A stretch of DNA of 64,000 nucleotides from the NCBI RefSeq assembly GCF_963676735.2, contig NZ_OY781464.1:4260476-4324475 (forward strand), read 5' to 3'. A program made the translations under genes and the position numbers. Within the stretch, counting starts at the first letter, position 1. Every line of letters begins with the position of its first letter. Of the stretch, positions 17,634-27,552 are shown one piece after another. The notes beneath the pieces were generated by a model. It made no database searches, was not told the DNA's origin, and saw only the letters and a list, made by a program, of their open reading frames with translations. This DNA comes from an uncultured Draconibacterium sp. Its GTDB lineage: Bacteria > Bacteroidota > Bacteroidia > Bacteroidales > Prolixibacteraceae.

Positions 17634-20600
17634 TTATTTTCGAGGTATGTTTTTTATATTTGAATGCTTTTCAAGCTCCTGCTCGAACTTTAAGATTACA
17701 TCAACCCCCGATTCCTTAGAATTACCACTTTGCAAACGCAAAAACAACTTGTCGTTAATTTCGTATTCAATAGTTACGGTTTCGGGGGTAATTTCGTCGC
17801 CACTAACTTCGCCAAAACCACGTTGGTAGATTACAAAAATATCGTTGGTAATGTATTTCCCCACAACAAAAGCAGCACTCTGCCAGTTTTCTGTTGTTGT
17901 AATTTCAATCATATCCAGGTTTAACTGCGAGCCAATGGTTTTACTCAACTGCGAAGAAATCATACTGGCAACGGCATTTGAACCAATAGAGTTAATCAAG
18001 CCATTGTTTCCGCCGTAGCCAATCTCGTCGCTTGTTGCACCAAAAACCAGCACCGAAATTCCGTCCGTTTCCGAAATTTCCACATCGTCAAGCATAAACC
18101 TTATTTCCGGATCCGACATTTCACCGGTAATCAGCATCTCGAGGTAACGTTTTTCTTTATCGCTTCCACGGTAAACGTATTCGGCCTCAATATTTAAAGT
18201 CGGATCAAAATCTTCGCCCCCTTGAAAATTGATCTCACTTTCCTTGATGTTGAGTTTTCGGCCATACAAAATATATTGTCCGCGTACCACTTTTACATTT
18301 CCGAACAATTCGAAATACGGACCATTTTTTACAATTTCAACTTCGCCGTTAAGTTCGGCCCTGATGTCGTTACTTCTTATCCAGGTATTTCTCGGAATTT
18401 CAACTTGCAAGCGACCCGTTAGATTGTTTACCCATGCTGTTTCTTTTTTATTTTTTGCTTTTGCCACAACCTGTCCAGCCAAGGTATTTTGTAACGAATC
18501 ATCGGGCTTTTCGAGGGCCTGAACCAGCAGCGGAACATCAAGTTCTGTTTCACCTTTGGAGTCTTTCATAAACGCGGGAAGATACAAGTCGGAGCGTAAA
18601 ACTTTTATATTCCCGCCAAACTCTGGCTTATTTCTCTCAGAGCGAACAAAAGTATTGGCATCTACCAGAATTTCGTAATTGCGGTGTTTGGCCAGGAAGA
18701 AATTTTTTGCATCAAGCTCTAAGGAAGAACTGTTTATTTCGCCGGTAACAATGGTGGAGTCGAATTCAAGTTCACCGAAAACCGAAATCAGGCCGTTCTT
18801 TTGTTTTACCAGCAAAGTATCTATTTCAATTTTGTTTCCATAAAAGCTAAGCGCTCCAAAAATATCATTATAATAAAGTCCAATATTTTCATTTAAATAA
18901 GTCCCGTTCGACAAATGCATTTCCCCAAATATCAATGGGTTATCGAGATCCCCTTTTGTTTGAATATCAACTTCCAGAATCCCTTTTATACTGTCGTTAG
19001 GAGTGTAAGTTTTCACCATTTTCCGAAGATCAACCGAATCAATGCGGAATGTTCCGTCAAAAGTTTCCGGCGGACTAAAGTTTAACTGCAACGAATCGAG
19101 ACTAAGATTAAAGGCCGCCACAACTTTTGCAAAAAACAGTTCGCCCAACTCTGGCATGGTAAGCTCTAAGGCTCCCTGTTTATCCGCGTAAGCAAAACTG
19201 GCATGAAAAGGATTTAGGGCATAATTACCAAAACGGGGACGAGCAACATCGAGCTTCCCTTCAATTGTTGGGTTGTGCGACCTGCCACGAAGCTCAAAAT
19301 TGGAATTAAGAATTCCTTCAAGCTGATACTCTTCGCCCAAATATTTATTAAGTTCCCGCAAGTCGAGTTCACTTATTTCAACTTTAAAATTACTGGTATC
19401 AGCCGCTGACACCAATCCATTGGCGGCAAAAGAAAACTGTTCCTGATTTCGGTCTTTAAGAACCAGGTTCGAGATTTCCAGAAAGCGGTTGTTGAAAATG
19501 CTTGCCGTCATGGTATCGGGAAGAAAAATATCAGCCCATTGCGAGTTTACCTCCAATGCCGACAATTCAAGCAGGGTGGTATCTCCGGCTTCAATAACGC
19601 TGTTAAAACGGGCTTTCAGCACATCATTCCAGGCAAGTTCACCCAGCACATTCATTTGTTCACCATCAAAAGTATAATCCACCGCAAACGTATCTAAAAT
19701 AATTGTTCCGGTTTTTACCTGCAGGGCCTCTGCGTTAACAGCAACCTTATACGAGTCGTTAAAAACATTAACCTTATAATTTGCCTTTGTTTTGCCCAGG
19801 TCAACTGCGTAAGCATTTACATTGTGCACATCGAGTGTTCCGGCTATTTCCAGGTCGTTAAACGACCCATGCAAGGTTGCCGTTGTATATGCCGAGTCAA
19901 AAGTTAGGGGAAGCTCCACCAGCGAATCGAGAAATCCAGGCGTTTCGGCAGAAGCTAAAAATCTGGCATTTAGCTGCATCGAATCGAGCATTAGCTGTCC
20001 ACTTCCGTTTAGCAAAATACCCGGTGCAAAGGCCTGCAGCGTATCAAACTTTAGCTGTTGCCTGTTTGTGTTTGCCAGAGCAAGCAAACTATCTACCTCA
20101 AAGTTATAAATTGTACTACTGCCCAGGTTAAGGTTAATTGCTGCTTGTATTTTTTTCGGGTCAAAACCTTTTCCTGTTGCGTATATCTTACCATTCAAAA
20201 TTGTTTGTTCCAAATCGGTCACAAAACGGTGTAGCTCCAGGTTTTTAGCATTAATATTTACATTGTATTCTGGTTGTCCTGAAAAATCCAGGCCGCCAGC
20301 CAAAGCAACTTCTCCATAATCAGATTGAGCCAAAACAATAGCATTTACACTATCATCCGCATAAACCCCTTTTAGGTCAACTAATTTCAGGTTAATAGTG
20401 TTGTAAACCGAGTTATAAAACTGACCTTCAATTTTGGCTTCTGATTTTATATTTTTTAAATTATCGCCATTTATTTTCAATTCACCATTAACAAGTAACT
20501 GCGCTGTACCTAAGCTTATCCAGTGGTTAATATTTACATTCCCTATCTTAAGTTGCGCCCGGTATGGTACTGCTGCGTTTGGCAGCTGCAAATGGCTAAA

Positions 20601-21512
20601 CGCACCTAAGGCTAGGGTTGCATCAATTGTTTCGTCGCTATTTTGCAACAAAATGTTGGCAACCAACGAATCGTTAACTGCAGAAAAACTGGCCTTAATG
20701 GCTGGCGAACACAGCAATTTAAACGACGGAACAAACAAGGAAAAATCCTCTTTATCAACTTTTCCAGCCGTTATTGCCCCTTCAAAATTAGCTGCTGAAA
20801 AATAACTCCCGTTAAAATCGATGCCCGAGTTACCTGCCAAAATAAACAGGCTGTCAACCTTAATCTCTTCCTGGCCAATAAAACATTTTCCACTCAGCTG
20901 TTTTAATTTAAAATCAGGATTTCGGGTTGCGCAGGCAAAACTTTTTAGCGCTATATTTATATCACCCGAACTGTACTTTCCATCTGCCAGCAAATTGATA
21001 TCCTTCACGCCCGAAGGCATTGCCTCTGACAAGGCTGTAATTGCCAACTCTCCATGTTTAATCACCACATTTTTTACATCAATCGTAAGGCGAAAAGGTT
21101 TGGGTTTACGCTCCGTATTGTCGCTGTTGCCGGGAATCAAAGTTGCAATATTCCATAAGCTATCGGTGTTTTGCCACAAGTTAAAATAGGGATCTTTTAA
21201 CTCCAATGAATCAATACTTACAGTTGCATTTAAAAGGGGTTTTAAGTTGTAGTTTACTTTTAAGCTGCCAAACGAGGCCAGCAGCGAATCGCCATCGCGA
21301 AGCTCTACATCAGCTAATAACAGGTGATTATAAAAATTGCCTTGAAGTTCGCCAATTGAAAAATTTAAATCCAGCTTATTTTCTACCAGTTGTATCACTT
21401 TAGATTTTACCTTACCTCTAAAAAACGATGTTTGCGTTAACAGCAACACGGCAACCAACAGCAGAAAAATAACCGCCAGCACTATTGCTGCATATTTTAA
21501 CAATTTCCTCAT
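17634..21512 (-). CDS. tamB: Translocation and assembly module TamB-like protein
   Basis: N-terminal membrane anchor, long beta-rich body, DUF490-like C-terminus (GQYILYGRKLNIKESEINFQG...DPTLNIEAEY). Confidence 0.85.
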   Translation of the reverse strand: MRKLLKYAAIVLAVIFLLLVAVLLLTQTSFFRGKVKSKVIQLVENKLDLNFSIGELQGNFYNHLLLADVELRDGDSLLASFGSLKVNYNLKPLLNATVSIDSLELKDPYFNLWQNTDSLWNIATLIPGNSDNTERKPKPFRLTIDVKNVVIKHGELAITALSEAMPSGVKDINLLADGKYSSGDINIALKSFACATRNPDFKLKQLSGKCFIGQEEIKVDSLFILAGNSGIDFNGSYFSAANFEGAITAGKVDKEDFSLFVPSFKLLCSPAIKASFSAVNDSLVANILLQNSDETIDATLALGAFSHLQLPNAAVPYRAQLKIGNVNINHWISLGTAQLLVNGELKINGDNLKNIKSEAKIEGQFYNSVYNTINLKLVDLKGVYADDSVNAIVLAQSDYGEVALAGGLDFSGQPEYNVNINAKNLELHRFVTDLEQTILNGKIYATGKGFDPKKIQAAINLNLGSSTIYNFEVDSLLALANTNRQQLKFDTLQAFAPGILLNGSGQLMLDSMQLNARFLASAETPGFLDSLVELPLTFDSAYTTATLHGSFNDLEIAGTLDVHNVNAYAVDLGKTKANYKVNVFNDSYKVAVNAEALQVKTGTIILDTFAVDYTFDGEQMNVLGELAWNDVLKARFNSVIEAGDTTLLELSALEVNSQWADIFLPDTMTASIFNNRFLEISNLVLKDRNQEQFSFAANGLVSAADTSNFKVEISELDLRELNKYLGEEYQLEGILNSNFELRGRSHNPTIEGKLDVARPRFGNYALNPFHASFAYADKQGALELTMPELGELFFAKVVAAFNLSLDSLQLNFSPPETFDGTFRIDSVDLRKMVKTYTPNDSIKGILEVDIQTKGDLDNPLIFGEMHLSNGTYLNENIGLYYNDIFGALSFYGNKIEIDTLLVKQKNGLISVFGELEFDSTIVTGEINSSSLELDAKNFFLAKHRNYEILVDANTFVRSERNKPEFGGNIKVLRSDLYLPAFMKDSKGETELDVPLLVQALEKPDDSLQNTLAGQVVAKAKNKKETAWVNNLTGRLQVEIPRNTWIRSNDIRAELNGEVEIVKNGPYFELFGNVKVVRGQYILYGRKLNIKESEINFQGGEDFDPTLNIEAEYVYRGSDKEKRYLEMLITGEMSDPEIRFMLDDVEISETDGISVLVFGATSDEIGYGGNNGLINSIGSNAVASMISSQLSKTIGSQLNLDMIEITTTENWQSAAFVVGKYITNDIFVIYQRGFGEVSGDEITPETVTIEYEINDKLFLRLQSGNSKESGVDVILKFEQELEKHSNIKNIPRK

Positions 21513-21515
21513 TTC

Positions 21516-23336
21516 TTAGAATGTATGACCAATATTAAAATGTAGTTGCCACTTATTTTCCGAATCAAACACAGGTCGGGCCACATCAATACCTGCCGGG
21601 CCAATTGGTGTTTTTAATCGCAATCCCAGTCCTGCAGCGTATCGTAAGTCGGTAATATGGTAGTTAAAACTTTTCTCCCAAACATTTCCGGCATCCATAA
21701 AAACATTAAATTTCAATTTTCGGGCAACATCAAAACGAAACTCTGCCGAAGCTTCCAGCAAACTGTTTCCACCAATAGGCACGCCATTTTCGTTACGCGG
21801 TCCCAGGTCGCTTCTCGACCAGCCCCTAACCGAATGGCTACCACCTGCAAAGAACTTTTCTTCTACCGGGATAAAATCGGCATCGTCGGTTCGTTTTATA
21901 CCTCCCATTTTACCCTTCAGCGCCAATACCAAACCACGCCTCAAACCAAAATAGGTTTTTACTTCGCTTAAGATTCGGTAAAATGGTATTTCTTTGCCTA
22001 ACATCAAGCCATTTGTTTTTATATTTAGCGAAACGGCGTAGCCCTGTACCGGATCTAAAATTGGGTCGGCATTGTTATAAATACCCCCCAGAACTATTCC
22101 TGTTTTTTTGTAAATCGTCTCATCATAATCAACCGTTTCGTTGGCTACAAAAGCGGTGGTATCCAATTCCACATCCTCAAAAACATAACCTATTGATGTA
22201 TTTAACTCCTTTGAGAAACTTTGCAAAAATGTAATGTTTGTACCTATTTTCTGAAGCTTATAACCCGGTTCATTCTCCTCCTGAATAAATGGATGAACGG
22301 TAAGCGTGTTCATGGGGAAGAGAAACGAGGGCTGCGAAAATTTCAGGTAAATATTGTAGGGTTCCAGCCCCGAGTGTTTTGCATACAAATTTAATCTGCC
22401 AGTATGGGTTAAAAACCCCAGGTACTGCACATCGGTAAAAGCACGTAATTTATCTTCGCGTCCATAACCGGCCCCAAAACGTACCGACCAGCGCGGTGCC
22501 TCGCGTATTTGAATGTACATGGGAATGGTATCGGGTTGCTCATCTCCAATATTTGCACGAACTGAGGCTACCCTGTAGTTACCCTGGTTGTAAATTTGTT
22601 TTTGCGTTTGGTCAATTTTCTTTTTGCTCCAAACCTCTCCCTCATGATAATCGATTTGACGAAGAATATTTTTTGAAGGCACCCGGCTATTGCCAACAAT
22701 GTTAGTTGAGCCAAAATAAGCCAAAGGCCCCCGGGTAACCTGCCACATTATGGCAGTGGTATTTAAAATGGTATCAACCTGCAAATGATGATTAACTCTT
22801 GTGTAGGGGTAACCATAATCGTAAAAAGCTTCGGCAATAAGTAATTGGTCATTGGTAATGTCCTCGTCGCGAAAAGTTTTGTCGTTATTTGCCTGAGTTT
22901 GCAAAAGTAATTTTTTTTGGTCTTGCAAACGCATCACCTCATCCAACTGGTAAAGGCTATCTACCTGATACGAAATTTCCGAGATAGTTACAGGCTCACC
23001 TTCATCAATAAATATAGTTAATACAACTTTGTTTTTTTTTGTTAGTTCAACCTGTGGTTCATTAAAGCGCACATCCAAATACCCCTGTTTCTGATAAAAA
23101 ACTGTTAGCCGTTTTACATCTTCATTATAAAGCGATCTTGAATAATAAACCGGCTCCTTACCAAAAATCTTTTGTTTTACCCAGGAACTCGATTCCAGTG
23201 CCACCTCTTCTTTTAAATGGTAGGTTTGTATGTGCTTATTTCCACGAAACTTTACTGTGCGTACCTGCAGGTTCTCCTGAGCCCAGCCCAATGCAGAACC
23301 AAAAACGAACAGTATAACCAACACAATTGCCTTCAA
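21516..23336 (-). CDS. Omp85 family TamA/BamA-like outer membrane protein with ~3 POTRA domains
   Basis: FFAGGSHSVRGW, GGNSLLEASAEFRF, FMDAGNVW, terminal IGHTF; TTG start; upstream of tamB. Confidence 0.88.
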   Translation of the reverse strand: MKAIVLVILFVFGSALGWAQENLQVRTVKFRGNKHIQTYHLKEEVALESSSWVKQKIFGKEPVYYSRSLYNEDVKRLTVFYQKQGYLDVRFNEPQVELTKKNKVVLTIFIDEGEPVTISEISYQVDSLYQLDEVMRLQDQKKLLLQTQANNDKTFRDEDITNDQLLIAEAFYDYGYPYTRVNHHLQVDTILNTTAIMWQVTRGPLAYFGSTNIVGNSRVPSKNILRQIDYHEGEVWSKKKIDQTQKQIYNQGNYRVASVRANIGDEQPDTIPMYIQIREAPRWSVRFGAGYGREDKLRAFTDVQYLGFLTHTGRLNLYAKHSGLEPYNIYLKFSQPSFLFPMNTLTVHPFIQEENEPGYKLQKIGTNITFLQSFSKELNTSIGYVFEDVELDTTAFVANETVDYDETIYKKTGIVLGGIYNNADPILDPVQGYAVSLNIKTNGLMLGKEIPFYRILSEVKTYFGLRRGLVLALKGKMGGIKRTDDADFIPVEEKFFAGGSHSVRGWSRSDLGPRNENGVPIGGNSLLEASAEFRFDVARKLKFNVFMDAGNVWEKSFNYHITDLRYAAGLGLRLKTPIGPAGIDVARPVFDSENKWQLHFNIGHTF

Positions 23337-23358
23337 CCAGATATATTTTAGTGGTAAT

Positions 23359-23366
23359 CAAAGATA
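23359..23366 (-). promoter_or_regulatory. -7 element TATCTTTG of the tamA-like/tamB operon
   Basis: CAAAGATA on the plus strand, 23 bp upstream of the start. Confidence 0.5.
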
Positions 23367-23535
23367 AAATAAGGCACTATCTAATAAAAATTTATTGGTA
23401 AAAGTTTCAGGTAATTTTTAGGATCGATTAGAAAGGAACAGCCACATCTCTGCAGATAATAGAATGCGCTGCACACCTCGTTTTGCGAAAAAGACTACAA
23501 ATTTTAACTTTAACCAAAACTAAATCTGAACCGAC

Positions 23536-24894
23536 ATGACTACACCCTTTTTAATCTTCATTGTAATTTCAGCAGTGGCTTTGCTGCTTTTTATGGTGCT
23601 AAAACTAAAAATCTCAGCTTTTATTTCGCTACTTATTACGGCTATTTACGTGGGAATTATTGCCGGAATGCCGCTAAAAGAAGTTACCAAAGCCATTCAG
23701 GATGGTATGGCAGGCACGCTGGGTTTTGTAGCAACCGTTGTTGGCCTGGGAGCCATTTTTGGGCAAATGCTGGAAAGCTCGGGTGGGGCAGAATCGCTGG
23801 CGCATTACCTAATAAAAAAATTTGGCACCGACAAAGCTTCGTGGGCCATGGTTATTACCGGTTTTATAATTGCCATACCAGTTTTTTTGGATGTAGGTTT
23901 TATTATTCTGGTACCCATAATTTACGCCCTTTCGCGCGATACCAAACGCTCGCTTTTGTATTACGGAATACCTTTGCTGGCCGGATTGGCTGTTACCCAT
24001 AGTTTTATTCCGCCCACACCCGGACCGGTGGCTGTTGCCGATATTATCAACGTTCAACTGGGATGGGTGATCTTTTTCGGAATTATTTTGGGTTTCCCAA
24101 CCGCTGTAATTGCTGGCCCAATATGGGGTAAATACATAGCAAAAAAGATTCACCTCTCGCCCCCTGCTGAATTTGAAGTAAGCAAGGAAAAAACCTACGA
24201 CGAAAATAACCTGCCCTCTTTCAGAATGATTGCTTTGATAATAGCTATTCCCCTGCTGTTAATACTGGTAAATACCTTTACCGGCCTTGCTGTTAAAAAA
24301 GAATTTATTGGCCAATCGATTTATACAGATGCACTGGAATTTATTGGCCACCCTTTTTGTGCACTAATTATTGCCACATTAATTGCTACCTACTTTTTGT
24401 GTTTAAAACGGGGCATAGACAAGCAAAAAGTGTTAGAACTTTCTACCAAAGCTTTGGGCCCGGCAGGTATTATTATTTTAATTACCGGAGCCGGTGGAGT
24501 TTTAAAACAAATTCTGGTTGATAGCGGTATTGGAAAAATAATGGCCGAGGGAATGGCCAACTCTGCACTTCCGCCCATTTTACTGGCCTGGCTGTTGGCT
24601 GCTGTTGTGCGTGTAACGCAAGGTTCGGCAACGGTTGCAATGATTACCGCCGCAGGTATTATTGCCCCCGTGCTGAGTGAATTTGGCCTGAGCGCCCCCC
24701 ACCGTGCATTAGTGGTTTTATCGATTGCTTCGGGTGCTACTTTACTTTCACATGTTAACGACAGTGGCTTTTGGCTGGTAGGCAAATATTTTGGAATGAA
24801 CGAAAAACAAACCCTGCAAAGCTGGACGGTTATGGAATCGATAATTGCAGTTTGCGGGCTTGCTTTTACTATGCTGGCCAGTCTGTTCTTTTAA
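23536..24894 (+). CDS. GntP family gluconate:H+ symporter
   Basis: GMAGTLG, LGAIFGQMLESSGGAESLA, PPTPGP, RVTQGSATVA, SHVNDSGFWLV. Confidence 0.93.
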   Translation: MTTPFLIFIVISAVALLLFMVLKLKISAFISLLITAIYVGIIAGMPLKEVTKAIQDGMAGTLGFVATVVGLGAIFGQMLESSGGAESLAHYLIKKFGTDKASWAMVITGFIIAIPVFLDVGFIILVPIIYALSRDTKRSLLYYGIPLLAGLAVTHSFIPPTPGPVAVADIINVQLGWVIFFGIILGFPTAVIAGPIWGKYIAKKIHLSPPAEFEVSKEKTYDENNLPSFRMIALIIAIPLLLILVNTFTGLAVKKEFIGQSIYTDALEFIGHPFCALIIATLIATYFLCLKRGIDKQKVLELSTKALGPAGIIILITGAGGVLKQILVDSGIGKIMAEGMANSALPPILLAWLLAAVVRVTQGSATVAMITAAGIIAPVLSEFGLSAPHRALVVLSIASGATLLSHVNDSGFWLVGKYFGMNEKQTLQSWTVMESIIAVCGLAFTMLASLFF

Positions 24895-25001
24895 CAACTG
24901 CCGCTGCACTCCAAAATATAAAAAAGGATACCACGAGCTGATTAAAGCAGATTGCTATTTATTTCGCAATAGTTTTTGCTGAATTTTTCTATTTTCACTT
25001 C

Positions 25002-25454
25002 ATGACTTTTACGTTTAAACATTTTTCCGAACTCACCACCACCGAATTATACAATATTTTAAAGCTTCGGGCTGAAATTTTTGTAGTGGAACAGGATTGC
25101 GTGTATAACGACCTTGATGAATTGGATAAAGATGCCATCCATCAATTTCTGGAAAAAGATGGACAAATTATAGCCTACTCGCGTCTTCTAAAACCGGGAA
25201 CGCGTTTTAATGATTACTCTGTTGGGCGCGTTGTGGTAAAAGAATCGGAACGCGGAACAGGATTGGGAATACGGATGATGGAAGAGGCCAAAACTTACAT
25301 TTTAAAAACTTGGAAGCCCGGGAAAATAAAAATAAGTGCACAAAAATACTTGCGTAAATTTTACGAAGACCTCGGATTTAAAGTTGTTACCAACGAATAC
25401 CTCGAGGACGGAATACCACATTACGGTATGCTGTTTGAAAACCAGGCAGACTAA
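25002..25454 (+). CDS. elaA: ElaA-like GNAT N-acetyltransferase
   Basis: FSELTTTELYNILKLRAEIFVVEQDC, GRVVV, RGTGLG, ISAQKYLRKFYEDLGF, YLEDGIPH. Confidence 0.9.
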   Translation: MTFTFKHFSELTTTELYNILKLRAEIFVVEQDCVYNDLDELDKDAIHQFLEKDGQIIAYSRLLKPGTRFNDYSVGRVVVKESERGTGLGIRMMEEAKTYILKTWKPGKIKISAQKYLRKFYEDLGFKVVTNEYLEDGIPHYGMLFENQAD

Positions 25455-25456
25455 AC

Positions 25457-26194
25457 ATGCAAAAATTTATAATTCTCCTTTTGCTTTTTCTTTCCTCTTC
25501 GGCTTTTTCAGCTAAAAAAGATAGTATTGTTGAGCGCATTTTTAATGAAATATACAACCAACATTACTCACAAGCAGAAAAAATGCTTCGCTCTAACCAA
25601 GAAAACATTGACTCTGTTTTTTTCGTCGTTCTTTCTGTGGATCTGAGCTACTGGAAAAATGTTACCGGAACCAACACGCCCGATTATCAATCTTTTGAAA
25701 ATCACATACAAGATCTTTCGCCAATAAACCCAGCATCAACAACACATCAGGCAATTCGGATGGTTACTTTGTCGTATCAGCTGCGTTACGAGCTCAAACG
25801 TTTTAAACTCATGAAAGCAATTTCAACGCGGCAGGAAACAAAGGAACTTTTCACTTCATTTAAAACAAACGTAAAGCTACCTCCCGAGCAGTTGGAACTT
25901 TTCCAATTGTATTCCGCCTTATTTAAATATTTCGATAATTACCTGAAACCTTTTTTCATTTCGCGAAAAAAAGAAAATTGCAGCGCAGCATTAGCAACCA
26001 TGACGCGCTTGTTCCAATCGGAAAATCGAATTTCGAAAACACTGGTTGCTTATTTTTTGGGGAAAACCTGGTTGAAATACGAAAACGAGCCGATTAAAGC
26101 TTATCCTTATTTTGTTTGGCTAAACAAAAACTACCCTGACAACCAAAAATTTTACGACTTACTTCAAACTTGCAACAACCAGTTAAACCAATAA
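25457..26194 (+). CDS. Exported alpha-helical hypothetical protein (TPR-like), paralog A
   Basis: Signal peptide ending SAFS; aligns with the downstream ORF. Confidence 0.8.
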   Translation: MQKFIILLLLFLSSSAFSAKKDSIVERIFNEIYNQHYSQAEKMLRSNQENIDSVFFVVLSVDLSYWKNVTGTNTPDYQSFENHIQDLSPINPASTTHQAIRMVTLSYQLRYELKRFKLMKAISTRQETKELFTSFKTNVKLPPEQLELFQLYSALFKYFDNYLKPFFISRKKENCSAALATMTRLFQSENRISKTLVAYFLGKTWLKYENEPIKAYPYFVWLNKNYPDNQKFYDLLQTCNNQLNQ

Positions 26195-26274
26195 TTCAGG
26201 CATTTCATGAAATTTTTTTGGCATCGCGAAGTTTTCAACTAATAAACTATTTATTTTACAAAAAAAATTCAGCG

Positions 26275-27015
26275 ATGATAGAGCGACTTATAGTTACTTT
26301 TTTATTAGTTACTTCCGTAAGTTTTGCCGCCAATGCAATGAATAACGATAGCATTGCAAGCCGCATATTTACCTTAATTTACGACCAAAACCTTAGCGAA
26401 GCAGAACACACCTACACCACCCAAAAAAATGAGTTGAGCGAGTTTTACAAAACTTTCCTCAATCTCGACCTGCACTGGTGGAAATACCGAACAACCTACT
26501 CAAAAGAAAACTCACGCAAACTTGATGAGCTGATCGAGGCATCAATACTTCCCGAAACCAATACTTACGAAAAAAAAATGCGGCAAATAATCGTTCGCTC
26601 TTACCAGTTGCGCTTCGAAAAAAAGAAATTCAACATTTTCGGAATGTTATCTGCCCGTTCAAATATCAGAGACCTGATTAAAGAAATTGAAAGTGAAAAT
26701 CCTCCATTCTCGGGTGACGAGCAAAAGCTTTTTGAAAGCTATGTAATTATGTATCAATACATTGAGAATATTAACTTTTTTGCTAATGCAAAAAAATCGG
26801 AAGCCCGCAAAAAAAAGTTACAGCGAATGGAAAAATTTGCCGCCGAAGACAATGTAATTTTAAATACAGTGGCTCATTTCTTTTTGGCGCGCATGTATCA
26901 GAAAATTGAAGATGAACCGGCAATAGGATTAAACCACTTTAAAATACTTACCACAAAATACCCAAGCAATAAAACCTTTGCCGAATACCAGGCCGAATGC
27001 GAAGAAAAGATCTAA
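26275..27015 (+). CDS. Exported alpha-helical hypothetical protein (TPR-like), paralog B
   Basis: Start re-placed at ATG 26275 (MIERLIVTFLLVTSVSFAANA signal peptide); shares DSI..RIF..IY.Q, SYQLR.E.K.F and YP.N..F with paralog A. Confidence 0.8.
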   Translation: MIERLIVTFLLVTSVSFAANAMNNDSIASRIFTLIYDQNLSEAEHTYTTQKNELSEFYKTFLNLDLHWWKYRTTYSKENSRKLDELIEASILPETNTYEKKMRQIIVRSYQLRFEKKKFNIFGMLSARSNIRDLIKEIESENPPFSGDEQKLFESYVIMYQYIENINFFANAKKSEARKKKLQRMEKFAAEDNVILNTVAHFFLARMYQKIEDEPAIGLNHFKILTTKYPSNKTFAEYQAECEEKI

Positions 27016-27428
27016 GGAAATAACTCGTGCTGTGCATAATTTCGATGAAAAGTTCGCTGTCTGCAACGCGGGCAAATTGCCCTTTTTAAACGATGAATAT
27101 TAGTAAGTTTCAGGCGTGTTTTACAATCTTTGCAACGAAACTCGCTTTTATGAACAATTTTATCCTCATCATAAACACAAACTTCAACTTTATCGTAAAG
27201 TGTTTTGCATTGGGGGCATTTATAAATCTGAAAACCGGCCTTTAGGTGCAAACCAGTTTGCTGTTGTGCCAGTTTACAAAGCAGGTTATGCGTTTTGTAA
27301 TGAAAAATACGGGTTTGCTGCTTTAGGTAATCGCTAACCAGCTGTGAATGCACCTGAAAACCATGTCCCTGATTAAAGCTTTCTGAAAAGCCACAATGAT
27401 CACATCGGTATGAATAGGCATGCCCCAT
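27012..27428 (-). CDS. Small multi-zinc-ribbon hypothetical protein
   Basis: Four CxxC pairs: CDHC, CPQC, CKDC, CPRC. Confidence 0.75.
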   Translation of the reverse strand: MGHAYSYRCDHCGFSESFNQGHGFQVHSQLVSDYLKQQTRIFHYKTHNLLCKLAQQQTGLHLKAGFQIYKCPQCKTLYDKVEVCVYDEDKIVHKSEFRCKDCKTRLKLTNIHRLKRAICPRCRQRTFHRNYAQHELFP

Positions 27429-27552
27429 GGTTTAAATTTAGGTATTTTCATTGGGCTTATAAATGTTGTAAAGTATACTGCGTTAAAAAACTCACCGGCT
27501 CAAACATTTTTTAAGTTCATCTGTATTAATGTCATACATAAATTAAATAACC

